In this document: piece after piece, positions 1 through 9,802 of the stretch
Layout: each line of letters opens with the position of its first letter
Position numbering within the stretch: the first letter of the stretch is position 1
DNA from: Candidatus Woesearchaeota archaeon
Lineage (GTDB): Archaea > Nanobdellota > Nanobdellia > Pacearchaeales > UBA284
Assembly (NCBI GenBank): GCA_964443565.1
Contig: CAYUCT010000003.1
Coordinates: 1-59,565, forward strand
Reading direction: 5' to 3'
DNA: 59,565 bases
Made by a program: the position numbers and the translations under genes
Notes under the pieces: model-generated
Database searches by the model: none
Told to the model about the DNA's origin: nothing
Seen by the model: the letters and a program-made list of their open reading frames with translations, nothing else

Positions 1-30
1 CAGAAATTCCGATGAATTTCTAAGCGCTCT
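1..30. repeat. Right-end fragment of a hairpin-array element, truncated by the window edge
   Basis: Hairpin AGAAATTC-cgat-GAATTTCT at 2-21. Positions 14-29 (GAATTTCTAAGCGCTC) match 15615-15630 (GAATTTCTAAGCACTC) at 15/16 nt. Confidence 0.4.
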
Positions 31-109
31 TGGGCTCGTTTAGATAATTTCCCTTTGTATTAATATCAAACATTTTTATACTTCTTTTTTAAAATAAAAA
101 TACTTTAAA

Positions 110-463
110 ATGGTAGAAAAAATAAAAAAAATATTTTATGATTTAAATGAAATAACCGAAGATATTGAAAAAAATATTGGAAAAGGAATAGTTTATGCAA
201 TAAACTTTTTTCCAGATTTAATAAAGGTAATAGAGTATAAACATAATCAAAATTTCTGTTATTCTGAAGATCATAGAGGAAGTAATGGAAAACTTTGTTG
301 TATTCATTCAAAGAATATAATTAATAAGGGGTTAGTTAAAATATTATGTCAAGAATGTTCTGATAAAAAAATTAGTATAAGTGGAATTTCTGGATTATAT
401 CATAGTTATTTATTGTGCGGAAAAAATAAAGAAGATAATTCAATTGATTCTAACAAAATTTAA
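110..463 (+). CDS. Hypothetical small Cys-containing protein
   Basis: 117-aa ORF with no recognisable motif. The opposite-strand ORF 105-311 looks spurious. Confidence 0.3.
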   Translation: MVEKIKKIFYDLNEITEDIEKNIGKGIVYAINFFPDLIKVIEYKHNQNFCYSEDHRGSNGKLCCIHSKNIINKGLVKILCQECSDKKISISGISGLYHSYLLCGKNKEDNSIDSNKI

Positions 464-510
464 AAACCCAGAAATCATTTGTTGAATATGTTTTGTAGAG
501 GTGATTGTAA

Positions 511-1791
511 ATGAAGTATTCTGATTATGTTGATTTAAGTTATACTCCAAAAAAAACAGACATTATTTGTGATTTTTCTTTTAAACCTGCAAAAGGAGTT
601 TCATTAAAAGAAGTAGCAGGAGCAGTTGCAGCAGAATCTAGTATTGGAACTTGGACAGATGTTACAGAAGCACCATCTAGAATAAATGAATTAGCAGCAA
701 AAGTTTTTTTATTATCTAATGATCATCTTAAAATTGCATACCCCATTGAACTATTTGAAAAAAATAGTGTTCCGCAAATTCTTTCAAGTGTTGCAGGGAA
801 TATTTTTGGAATGAAAGCAGTAGATGCATTAAAATTACAGGATATTGAATTTCCAAAAGAGATTGTAAATAGTTTTCTTGGTCCAAAATTTGGAATTCAA
901 GGAATCAGAAAATTATTGAATGTTCCAAAAAGACCGTTAATTGGGACGATTATAAAACCAAAACTTGGATTAAATGAATCAGAACATGCAGAAATGGCAT
1001 TTAAATCTTGGGCTGGCGGATGTGATATTGTTAAAGACGATGAAAATTTAACTTCTCAACCATTTAATAAATTTTTAACTAGAATTAGAGAAACATTAAA
1101 ACAAAGAGATAGAGCAGAAAAATTAACTGGCGAAAAAAAAATTTACATGCCAAATATTACTTCTGAAACAGAAGAAATGATTCGGAGAGCAAAATTTGTT
1201 AAGAGTCTTGGAGGAGAATATGTTATGGTAGACATTCTTTCTTGTGGATGGAGTGCAATGGAAACATTAAGAAATCATAATGAAGATTTAAATTTGGTAA
1301 TTCACGCGCACCGAGCAGGATATGCCGCATTATCTAGAACAAAAGACCACGGGATAAGTATGTTGGTAATTGCAAAATTAGCAAGATTAATTGGGGTAGA
1401 CCAATTACATATTGGAACAGTTGTAGGAAAAATGGATACTCCAAAAAAAGAAGTAATTCATATTGATCAAGAAATGGAAGAACAATTTATAAAAAAAGGC
1501 AAGCATGTCTTAGAACAAAGTTGGTATAATATTAAACCTGTTTTTGCAGTTTCTTCAGGAGGACTTTATCCAGGGCATATTCCATATTTAGTTAGAACAT
1601 TAGGAAATAATATTGTCATTCAATGTGGTGGGGGTATTCATGGACATCCATTTGGAACAATTGCAGGAGCAAGAGCAGCAAGACAAGCATTAGAAGGAAC
1701 AATGAAAGGCATATCATTAAATACTTATGCAAAAAATCGGGTTGAACTTAATACGGCATTAACTTTTTTTAGCAAAAAAACAATTAGATAA
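511..1791 (+). CDS. rbcL: Ribulose-1,5-bisphosphate carboxylase large subunit, form III-like
   Basis: RuBisCO large-chain motifs: AAESSIGTWT, IIKPKLGL, GGCDIVKDDE, HAHRAG, HIGT. Length 426 aa. SD-like GAGGTGA lies upstream. Confidence 0.93.
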   Translation: MKYSDYVDLSYTPKKTDIICDFSFKPAKGVSLKEVAGAVAAESSIGTWTDVTEAPSRINELAAKVFLLSNDHLKIAYPIELFEKNSVPQILSSVAGNIFGMKAVDALKLQDIEFPKEIVNSFLGPKFGIQGIRKLLNVPKRPLIGTIIKPKLGLNESEHAEMAFKSWAGGCDIVKDDENLTSQPFNKFLTRIRETLKQRDRAEKLTGEKKIYMPNITSETEEMIRRAKFVKSLGGEYVMVDILSCGWSAMETLRNHNEDLNLVIHAHRAGYAALSRTKDHGISMLVIAKLARLIGVDQLHIGTVVGKMDTPKKEVIHIDQEMEEQFIKKGKHVLEQSWYNIKPVFAVSSGGLYPGHIPYLVRTLGNNIVIQCGGGIHGHPFGTIAGARAARQALEGTMKGISLNTYAKNRVELNTALTFFSKKTIR

Positions 1792-1936
1792 ATAATTATT
1801 TTTTTATTAAATGGTAAAATAATAGCAAAATTTTTTAAAAATTTTAAATTTTTCACAAAAATTCCATTAGAAAGATTTATAAATCTTCTCTTGATTTCTT
1901 TGATATTAATTAAATTTACTTAACAAAACAAACAAA

Positions 1937-3223
1937 ATGGCAGGAGAAAAACCAAATTTCAACATCGTTTTTATTGGACATGTTGACCATGGGAAAAGTA
2001 CTTCAATTGGAAGATTGTTATATGAAACTGGAAAGTTTTCAGAACAAGAATTAGCAAAGATGAAGGACCTTGCTGAAAAGCTAGGTAAGAAAGGTTTCGA
2101 ATTCGCTTTCGCTATGGACAATTTGAAGGAAGAAAGAGAACGAGGAGTTACAATTGATTTATCTTATAAAAAGATTACAACAAAAAAATTCAATGTAACT
2201 ATTATCGACGCACCAGGGCACAAAGACTTCATTAAAAACATGATTACAGGTACATCTCAAGCAGATGCCGCAATTTTGACTGTAGCCGCTTCAGACGGAG
2301 TTATGGCACAGACAAAAGAGCATGTTTGGTTATGTAGAACAATGGGTGTCCAGCAAATTGCCGTTCTTATAAATAAAATGGATGTAGTTAACTATGACCA
2401 AGCAAAATATAACAAGGTCAAAGAAGATTTATCAGTTTTATTAAAAACAGCAGGTTACAAACCAGAAAGTATAAACTTTATACCTTCTAGTTCAATTGAA
2501 GGAGAAAACGTAACTAAGAGAACAGACAAATTGAAATGGTACAATGGTCCTACACTTTTGGAACAATTTGATATATTCGAAGAACCAAAAAAACCAACAC
2601 ATCTTCCAATGAGAATGCCAATCCAAGATGTTTATACCATCACAGGAGTTGGAACTGTACCAGTAGGAAAAATTGAAACAGGAATTATAAAACCTGGCGA
2701 CAAAATTATCATCTTGCCTGCAAGAACAGGAAAAGGAGTTGTCGGAGAAGTTAAGACAGTCGAAATGCATCACGAATCTTTGAAAGAAGCAATCGCAGGT
2801 GACAACGTTGGACTTAACTTGAGAGGGATAAACAAAGGAGATATTGCAAGAGGAGACGTTATTGCTCCAGTAGACAACCCACCAAGTGTTGCGGAAGAAT
2901 TTACTGCACAAATTGCAGTTATTAATCACCCAACAGTTATTGCACAAGGATATACCCCTGTTATGCATATCCACACTGCGCAAATACCAGTTCAATTTAT
3001 TGAACTTGTAAGCAAAATGGATCCAAAAACAGGACAAGTTGCTCAACAACATCCAGAATTCTTAAAGAATGGAGATGTTGCAGTTGTAAAATTAAAACCA
3101 ATCAAACCGGTTGTAATTGAAAAACAGAGCGTAAATCCACACATGGCAAGATTTGCAATAAGAGACGCAGGTTCAACAGTCGCTGCAGGAATTTGCATCG
3201 ATTTAGTTCCAAAAGCAATTTAA
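1937..3223 (+). CDS. tuf: Translation elongation factor aEF-1 alpha
   Basis: GHVDHGKST, DAPGH and NKMD GTPase motifs. Archaeal-type N-terminus (FAFAMDNLKEERERGVTID). Confidence 0.97.
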   Translation: MAGEKPNFNIVFIGHVDHGKSTSIGRLLYETGKFSEQELAKMKDLAEKLGKKGFEFAFAMDNLKEERERGVTIDLSYKKITTKKFNVTIIDAPGHKDFIKNMITGTSQADAAILTVAASDGVMAQTKEHVWLCRTMGVQQIAVLINKMDVVNYDQAKYNKVKEDLSVLLKTAGYKPESINFIPSSSIEGENVTKRTDKLKWYNGPTLLEQFDIFEEPKKPTHLPMRMPIQDVYTITGVGTVPVGKIETGIIKPGDKIIILPARTGKGVVGEVKTVEMHHESLKEAIAGDNVGLNLRGINKGDIARGDVIAPVDNPPSVAEEFTAQIAVINHPTVIAQGYTPVMHIHTAQIPVQFIELVSKMDPKTGQVAQQHPEFLKNGDVAVVKLKPIKPVVIEKQSVNPHMARFAIRDAGSTVAAGICIDLVPKAI

Positions 3224-3338
3224 TTTCTTAATTTATTTTTTTATTTTTTTATTTTTTAGTATATTTTTTCTTTTTTTTAATAACTAGTGGGAACTAAAAA
3301 AAGAAAAAATATTCTTTAGAAATGTTTAAATTTCTTTT

Positions 3339-4247
3339 ATGTTTTTTATAGAAATGAAAAAAGGTTCAAAGATGACCGAAGAGCAGAGACAAAGATTAAG
3401 CGATGCTCATAAGGGAAAATCTGCTTGGTGGAATAAAGGAAGACATCATACTGAAGAAACTAAGAAGAAAATAAGTGAAGCCAATAAAGGGAAAGACCAT
3501 TGGACCGGGAGACATCATACACTAGAAACAAAAGAAAAACTTAAGAAAAGTCATCAAGGCCCTAAACCTTGGTTACAAGGAAAAAAATTATCTGAAGAGC
3601 ATAAGAAGAAGTTAAGCGAAATTAGAAAAAAATTATTTGAAGATGGGAAAATGACTGCTTGGAATAAGGGAAAGAAAATGAATAAACCCTCTTGGATGAA
3701 AGGAAAAAATCATACACCGGAAGCAAATGAAAAAAATAGGTTGGCTCATCTCGGAAAACCGGCCTGGAATAAAGATAAAAAAACAGGAATTATTCCCTGG
3801 AATAAAGGAAAAATTGGAACTCTACATCATACTGAAGAAGTAAAAGCAAGAATAAGAGAATTTAGATTAAAACAAATCTTTCCATTAAGGGATTCTACTC
3901 CAGAAATAAAGATTCAAAATTTTTTAAAACAATTAAATTTGAAATTTCTTGCTCACAGACCAATGAGGGAGATAGAAAATAGTTATCAATCAGATATATT
4001 TATTCCTTCGATAAATTTGGTAATAGAAATTGATGGAGATTATTGGCATGGAAATACTGATAATCCAAGATTTAAAATATTAAACCAAAAACAAATAAAT
4101 ACTAAAGAAAAAGATGCTATAAGAACAAAAGAATTGCAAGAAAGAGGATTTAAGGTTTTGAGACTTTGGGAAAGCGATATTAAAAAAATGGATGTTAATA
4201 ATTTTAAAGAGAGAATAAAAGAATTTAATAAAATTCTAATTAAATAA
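3339..4247 (+). CDS. NUMOD3-repeat protein with C-terminal Vsr/DUF559-like (PD-(D/E)xK) endonuclease domain; homing-endonuclease-like
   Basis: At least 5 tandem H(H)TxExKxKxSxxxKGK units (NUMOD3-like). C-terminus reads VIEIDGDYWHGN...RGFKVLRLWESDI. The start codon is ambiguous (3339, 3354 or 3372). Confidence 0.6.
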   Translation: MFFIEMKKGSKMTEEQRQRLSDAHKGKSAWWNKGRHHTEETKKKISEANKGKDHWTGRHHTLETKEKLKKSHQGPKPWLQGKKLSEEHKKKLSEIRKKLFEDGKMTAWNKGKKMNKPSWMKGKNHTPEANEKNRLAHLGKPAWNKDKKTGIIPWNKGKIGTLHHTEEVKARIREFRLKQIFPLRDSTPEIKIQNFLKQLNLKFLAHRPMREIENSYQSDIFIPSINLVIEIDGDYWHGNTDNPRFKILNQKQINTKEKDAIRTKELQERGFKVLRLWESDIKKMDVNNFKERIKEFNKILIK

Positions 4248-4253
4248 CAAGTT

Positions 4254-5108
4254 TTATCTTCTAAAAGAAATCCCCTTTGCTTCTTTGATTATGCCTTTTT
4301 CTCCTTCTGGAATCTTTTCTTTTTTTGCAACAGAAAAATAATGTAAAAGTTTTTTTCTTTTTATGAATAAATTTTTTTCACTTAAACAAGGTCCGCCTAA
4401 ACATCCACCTTTACAAAAATTAGCATCAATAAATCTTATTTTTTTGAGATTATCTTTTTTATTCATAAATTTTTCAAATTCAATTATCCCATCTAGAATA
4501 ATTGTTTCTTTTTTTGAAATGATTCCTTTTAGATGTGCAGTTTTAGATAATCCGCCCGTGATCGGATAAATTTTGGTATAATCATTATAAAATTTATCAA
4601 AAAATAAATTTTTTTTATTTTGAATTTTTTTATTTGAATTTAAATTTTTTATAAGTTTATTCATTTCTTGATAATTTAAAATATAATTAATTTTACTTTT
4701 ATTTTTCTTTTCTTTTGCTTCTATTTTTTTAAAATTACAAGGGGATGCAAAAAGAATTTTATGCTTTGGATAATATTTCTTTATAATTTTTGCCATTGCA
4801 CTCATAGGACTATCCACCGGAATTATATTCTTTTGATATTCTGGATATTTTTGTTTTATAATGCTCACGATTCCGGGGCAAACAGATGCAATCCATAATT
4901 TGTTTTTTTCATTTTCTAAAATCTTGTGATATTCTCTGTTAATCATTTTTGCCCCAAACGTAATTTCCACTATTTTGTTAAATCCAATATTTTTAAGAAT
5001 TTGAATTATTTCAGGATAATTATATTCTGCAACAAAACTTGGAGCAAGCATGACTAAAACTTTTTCTTTTTTCTTTAAAGAATTCATCACCCTCTTTATT
5101 TCTTCCAT
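4254..5108 (-). CDS. Fe-hydrogenase large-subunit C-terminal (H-domain)-like protein, minimal form
   Basis: Three H-cluster-like motifs in the right order: ASVCPGIVSIIKQKYPEY (P1-like), SPCNFKKIEAKE (P2-like), CKGGCLGGPC (P3-like). Only 284 aa, with no ferredoxin-like N-terminal domain. Confidence 0.6.
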   Translation of the reverse strand: MEEIKRVMNSLKKKEKVLVMLAPSFVAEYNYPEIIQILKNIGFNKIVEITFGAKMINREYHKILENEKNKLWIASVCPGIVSIIKQKYPEYQKNIIPVDSPMSAMAKIIKKYYPKHKILFASPCNFKKIEAKEKKNKSKINYILNYQEMNKLIKNLNSNKKIQNKKNLFFDKFYNDYTKIYPITGGLSKTAHLKGIISKKETIILDGIIEFEKFMNKKDNLKKIRFIDANFCKGGCLGGPCLSEKNLFIKRKKLLHYFSVAKKEKIPEGEKGIIKEAKGISFRR

Positions 5109-5115
5109 TTTAAAA

Positions 5116-5397
5116 TTATTTTTTTCTTATTTTTACTTTCTCTTTTTCTAATTTGGTTATTCTTTTTTCAATTATTTTAAATTCTTCATGGTCTTCTAAA
5201 TTAAATAACCATTCTAAAAGCAATAATGTTGGAAAAATTATGGTAAAAGTTAATAAAAAACCTTCAAGAGATAATCTTTTTAATTGTGTAATGTCCGCAT
5301 CCAAAAATATTCCATGAACAATTGAAAATAGAGAAGCAATCAAAGAAAATAATATTGTTGCAATAAATTTTCTTCTTATAGATTTTAATTTTTTCAT
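5116..5397 (-). CDS. Small membrane protein, hypothetical
   Basis: 93-aa ORF with two hydrophobic segments and a Lys-rich tail. Confidence 0.4.
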   Translation of the reverse strand: MKKLKSIRRKFIATILFSLIASLFSIVHGIFLDADITQLKRLSLEGFLLTFTIIFPTLLLLEWLFNLEDHEEFKIIEKRITKLEKEKVKIRKK

Positions 5398-5451
5398 ATA
5401 ACTAATTTGTTTTAATCATTTATTAAGTTTTTTATATTTTATTAAAAATAA

Positions 5452-5700
5452 ATACTCGCTCATTCGCATTCGTTCATTCGCTGGAACTTTAAAAATCGTG
5501 TTGATATGGATTAAATTAAAGAACATTCACTCGCTATCGCTCGTTTATCGATAGGGGGTTAAGGTTAATGCACGCTCGCACGCTATCGCTAACTCGCTGG
5601 AGCCAAGGGAAATCACATCATCAATATCATGTTAAGGTTAATGCACGCTCGCACGCTATCGCTAACTCGCTGAAGTTAATGAAAATCATGTCGATAAGGG
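5452..5700. repeat. Degenerate ~73-bp tandem repeat array (3-4 units), CGCT-rich
   Basis: Perfect 42-bp copies at 5558-5599 and 5631-5672 (GTTAAGGTTAATGCACGCTCGCACGCTATCGCTAACTCGCTG). Diverged units lie at 5452-5523 and 5524-5557. Each unit ends in AAAATC(R)YRT(Y)GATA..GG. Confidence 0.85.
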
Positions 5701-6140
5701 ATAAAAAGAATAAACGTTAGCAAAGAGTAATTTAATGACTTGATGAGGGTAATTATGGGTAAATTGTTAATATATTAATGTATGAAATTTACTTATCCTC
5801 AAGGAATATGAATTATCAAGCGAAAATAATCTAATCAACATCTTGAAAGATGTAAAAAATATCAGGGGGGTTATTTAATATCAAATCCTTTGTTAAGTGT
5901 AAATTTATATCTTTTAAATCATTCAATCCAAACCTTTAAATATAATAATTTCTCCATTAAAATATCAATTTATATCAATTTAACATATCCATTAAATTTC
6001 ATTGATTATATGTTACAGGTTCATATTTAACTTTGGCAGAAGTTAGATGAATTCTCTAAATATTGATACAAATCGAAAATTAAACTAATTAAATAAATAA
6101 CTTAGAAAATTTAAAAAATAATCTAAATTGGAGGTAAAAA

Positions 6141-7463
6141 ATGGGAAAAGTAAGTCCACCATTTATTAAATATGTAATAAAAGCAAAATTTACAACTGTT
6201 GGAGTTGTTGAAAAACCCGATGTAATTGGAGCAATATTTGGGCAAACAGAAGGTCTTTTGGGGGAAGATTTAGAATTACGAGAATTGCAAAAAAAAGGAA
6301 AGATTGGAAGAATAGACGCAGAAATGGCAAATTCTGAAAATCAAACAACCGGAGTAGTTACCATTCCAACTTCAATAGACAAAGCAGAAACTACATTAAT
6401 TGCTGCGGCTGTTGAAACAATTGATAGAATAGGTCCCTGCGATGCAAAATTTGAGATAGACGAAATTGCAGATACAAGAGGAGGAAAAAGAGATTTTATT
6501 TTAGAAAGAGCAAAACAACTTATGGAAAAATTAAGTTCAGCAACTCCTGAAATTAAAGAGATGGAACAATCAGTAATTGATCATAATAGAACATCAAAAG
6601 TCAGAGAAATTGGAGATGAAAAAATTGCTGTAGGTCCGGATGTTGAAGTTAGTAATGAAATTATTATTGTTGAAGGAAGAGCAGATGTTGTAAATCTTTT
6701 AAAATGTGGAATTAAAAATGCAATTGCTATGAATGGAACAAAAGTTCCAAAGATCGTTTATGAAATGGCAAAAGAAAAAATTGCAACTTTATTTGTGGAT
6801 GGGGATAGAGGCGGAATTTTGATTGCAAAAAACGTTTTAGAGACATTAAATATCAAATATGTTGTAAAAGCACCAGACGGAAAAGAAGTTGAAGAACTTG
6901 TTGAAAAAGAAGCGGTTGCTTGTTTAAGAAATAAAATGACTGTTGAAGAGTTTAAGCAAAAATTCTTAGTAGTTGACGAAAATAAAAGATATGAAAAATC
7001 TTATGACAATAGGGAGAGAGGATATAACAATTATTCTGAAGAGAATAGATCAAGAGAAAATTCTTCAAGAGTTTCTTCAAATCTAAGAAATCGAGAAGAT
7101 TCTAGAAAATTTTCAGAATTAAGTGAAAATAAAGAGCCAAAAGAACCAAAAGAATTAGTGAAAATAACTGCTGCAGATCAAAAAGAAATTGAAAAACTTT
7201 TCAAAAGTGTAGAGAACACAAAATTAACTTTGTTAATTTCTAAAGAAGATAAGAAATTAATTGCAATAGATAAAGTTCAAACTACAAAGTTATCTAATGC
7301 AATTTATCAAATTAATCGAAGAGGAAAAAATGTAGATGTTTTAGCAATAGATGGAACAGTAACTCCAAGAATAATTGCTATGGCAGAACAAGCAGGAATT
7401 GCAGCAATTGCGGCAAAGAATTTTTCGGCTTCAAGTGAAAAAATAAAATTAATTTCAGTTTAA
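6141..7463 (+). CDS. dnaG: Archaeal DnaG-type primase (TOPRIM)
   Basis: N-terminus GVVEKPDVIGAIFGQTEGLLG...LRELQKKGKIGRI. TOPRIM motifs IIVEGRADV and FVDGDRGG. SD GGAGGT upstream. Confidence 0.9.
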   Translation: MGKVSPPFIKYVIKAKFTTVGVVEKPDVIGAIFGQTEGLLGEDLELRELQKKGKIGRIDAEMANSENQTTGVVTIPTSIDKAETTLIAAAVETIDRIGPCDAKFEIDEIADTRGGKRDFILERAKQLMEKLSSATPEIKEMEQSVIDHNRTSKVREIGDEKIAVGPDVEVSNEIIIVEGRADVVNLLKCGIKNAIAMNGTKVPKIVYEMAKEKIATLFVDGDRGGILIAKNVLETLNIKYVVKAPDGKEVEELVEKEAVACLRNKMTVEEFKQKFLVVDENKRYEKSYDNRERGYNNYSEENRSRENSSRVSSNLRNREDSRKFSELSENKEPKEPKELVKITAADQKEIEKLFKSVENTKLTLLISKEDKKLIAIDKVQTTKLSNAIYQINRRGKNVDVLAIDGTVTPRIIAMAEQAGIAAIAAKNFSASSEKIKLISV

Positions 7464-7561
7464 TTTTAATAAAATTAAACTGGTTTTTTCTTTTCTTTTA
7501 TATTTTAATTTATATTTTTTATTGTATAAATGTTTAAATATATAATTTCTTAATTTTATTT

Positions 7562-7894
7562 ATGGATGAAAATAGTTCAAATAAAAGTTTAGAAAGTAGA
7601 ATTCGAGTAAAAGGAGATTGTCCTAAATGTAAAAAGCATACCATCTTGGAAAAAACAGATAAAGAAATTGATTTAATTTTAAATAAAGATGACGAAGATC
7701 CATTGTACAATGAACATTATTTATGCACTCAATGTTATTCTATTGTAAGTTCAGAAGAGATAAAGGATTATTATAATTTTCAAGTTAATGGGAAGTATAA
7801 ACTAAAAAAAGAAAAAATAAAAAAAGATGAAGATTTTTATTCCAGAAAAAAGATTAAAGAAAAATTAAACAGAGAAACTCTTATTTTTCCTTAA
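7562..7894 (+). CDS. Zinc-ribbon protein, hypothetical
   Basis: CPKC...CTQC pairs in a 110-aa ORF. Confidence 0.4.
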   Translation: MDENSSNKSLESRIRVKGDCPKCKKHTILEKTDKEIDLILNKDDEDPLYNEHYLCTQCYSIVSSEEIKDYYNFQVNGKYKLKKEKIKKDEDFYSRKKIKEKLNRETLIFP

Positions 7895-7913
7895 GTTTTT
7901 TGTTTATTCAATT

Positions 7914-9251
7914 TTATAAAAAATCTTTTTCGCTTATTTTTGGATTATATTCATTAATTAAATTTTCTTTCATTAATTCTTTAACTTTTTCTTTATTTCT
8001 TTCAAATCCAAGAATCCAAGACAGTTTGGTAAATGCGGTTTCTGTTAGCATATCATCAAGGTATAATACTCCTAATTCGTTTATTTTTCTTCCGGTTTCA
8101 TAAACAAATGGATTTACTCTGCCAAAAATACATTGGGTTGTCATGCAAACAATTATTTCATTTTGTATGGCTTTTTTTATTTGCGTTTCCCAACTTTTCT
8201 CCCCTAAAGAAATATGCCCTAATCCTGTTCCTTCTAGAATAATTCCTTTATACTTATTTTCAATGTAATAATCAATTATTTTTGGATCAGAATTTGGATA
8301 AAATTTTAATATTGCAACTTTATTATCAAAACAAATTTTTGGATAGTTTGGTTCATTCAAGGTTTTTTTGTTTTGAATCTTTTGATTTATTATTTCTACT
8401 TTATCAGGATATGCTCGTGCGATTATTGACTCATTGATTGATTTGAAAGCGTCTCTTCTTGTTGAATGCATTTTTCTTGATTTTACTGCACGAATAATTT
8501 GGCAAAAATCATCATTAGAACTTTCGTGTCCCACTAAAACTACTTCATTTATTTTGGATAATGCTGTTTGAACAGCGCATTGCAAGTTTAATTTAGCATC
8601 ACTTGATCCCCTGTCAATACTTTTTTGAGCATAAGCAAAAACTACTGGTTTATCTAATCTTCCAAGCATGAATGCAATTGCAGAAGCAGTATAACTCATT
8701 GTATCTGTTCCATGTAAGATTATCACCCCCTTATTTTCTTTATTTTTTAAAAGCAGATTAATTTTTTCAGCAAGAATTTTCCAATGATTTGAATTTATGT
8801 TTTCGCTTAATTCTAAAAATGGTTTTTCTATCTTATTAATTTTGCAAATTTTATTTATGTCTGGTGCAACTTCTAAAATTTCAGAAATATTTTCAATTGG
8901 TTTTACCCCTCCAGATTTATAATCTGCCTTGGAAGCAATTGTTCCCCCTGTTAAAATTATAGAAATTCCCGGAAGATTTTCATTTTGTTTTAATTCTTCT
9001 TTTTTAATCTCTTTTTTTTCTGAATTTTTTAGAATCTCCATTCTTTCAATATCTTCTTTTTTTATTCCAATATTATACCCGTTTTCTAATTGTATTATTA
9101 AAATAGCATTATCATACGATTCAAGAATCTTTCCAATATATTCTTTTTTAGTTCTTTTTTCAATAACCTTTACAATTTTTCCAAAGGAAAAATCTTCTTT
9201 TGGTTCTTTTAATATTTTTTTAGATGCTCCTCTTTTTCTTTTTTCTTTCAT
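7914..9251 (-). CDS. gatD: Glutamyl-tRNA(Gln) amidotransferase subunit D
   Basis: Asparaginase-type motifs ILTGGTIASK and HGTDTM behind an N-terminal GatD-type extension. 445 aa. Confidence 0.88.
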   Translation of the reverse strand: MKEKRKRGASKKILKEPKEDFSFGKIVKVIEKRTKKEYIGKILESYDNAILIIQLENGYNIGIKKEDIERMEILKNSEKKEIKKEELKQNENLPGISIILTGGTIASKADYKSGGVKPIENISEILEVAPDINKICKINKIEKPFLELSENINSNHWKILAEKINLLLKNKENKGVIILHGTDTMSYTASAIAFMLGRLDKPVVFAYAQKSIDRGSSDAKLNLQCAVQTALSKINEVVLVGHESSNDDFCQIIRAVKSRKMHSTRRDAFKSINESIIARAYPDKVEIINQKIQNKKTLNEPNYPKICFDNKVAILKFYPNSDPKIIDYYIENKYKGIILEGTGLGHISLGEKSWETQIKKAIQNEIIVCMTTQCIFGRVNPFVYETGRKINELGVLYLDDMLTETAFTKLSWILGFERNKEKVKELMKENLINEYNPKISEKDFL

Positions 9252-9430
9252 AATTTATTTATCTTTTTTGATTATAAAAAACTTTCTAGAAAGTTTTTTT
9301 TGGGATATTAATGTGGAGGTTTAAATAAATAGAATATATACTATATCATCAAAATGTTTATAAATAAATTTAAAGAAATAATAATATAATTATATTAAAT
9401 AAATTTAAAGAAACAAAAAACGAGGTAAAA

Positions 9431-9802
9431 ATGGCATATCCCGAAAGAACACTTCCAGAAGCATCTTATCTTATGGTTTCTGTCCCGGAACTTGTTAATT
9501 TAAAAAATTGTTCTATTTATCTGCTTTATTCGGATAAATTTAAACAATGGGCACTTGACAGGGGCGGTGGAGTTTTGAATTTTGATGAGAATCCAAGAGA
9601 ATATCCTGCCGATGATATAAATACCTTTATTGGATTTATTGAATCAAAAGCATTGGATTTAAAAACAGGAGCATTTATTGCAATGGATGTCCCAATATTT
9701 AATGCAATAAAACAAGTTCAAACTCAAAGAAACATTTTTAATACTGATCCAATGCTTTGGAAACATGGTGTATTCTTGTTAAAATCGCAAAAAGAAAATT
9801 AA
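9431..9802 (+). CDS. Hypothetical protein
   Basis: 123-aa ORF with SD-like GAGGT upstream and no motif recognised. Confidence 0.4.
   Translation: MAYPERTLPEASYLMVSVPELVNLKNCSIYLLYSDKFKQWALDRGGGVLNFDENPREYPADDINTFIGFIESKALDLKTGAFIAMDVPIFNAIKQVQTQRNIFNTDPMLWKHGVFLLKSQKEN

Noticed and set aside
2492-3052. Long antisense ORFs inside tuf (2492-3052), ftsZ (10042-10626), the SMC-like gene (25116-26282, several), cdc48 (52516-52812, 53198-53428, 54522-54812) and the surface protein gene (23035-23349).
   Set aside because: They lie opposite strongly supported conserved genes. Their translations are low-complexity (Phe/Ile/Leu/Ser/Cys-rich), as expected from the complement of Lys/Glu/Asn-rich coding sequence.
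5558-5672. Possible mini-CRISPR: 42-bp repeats separated by a 31-bp spacer.
   Set aside because: Only two exact copies exist. The flanking units are degenerate, and the 'spacers' themselves are related to each other. No cas genes or leader are present. It fits a tandem ~73-bp repeat better.
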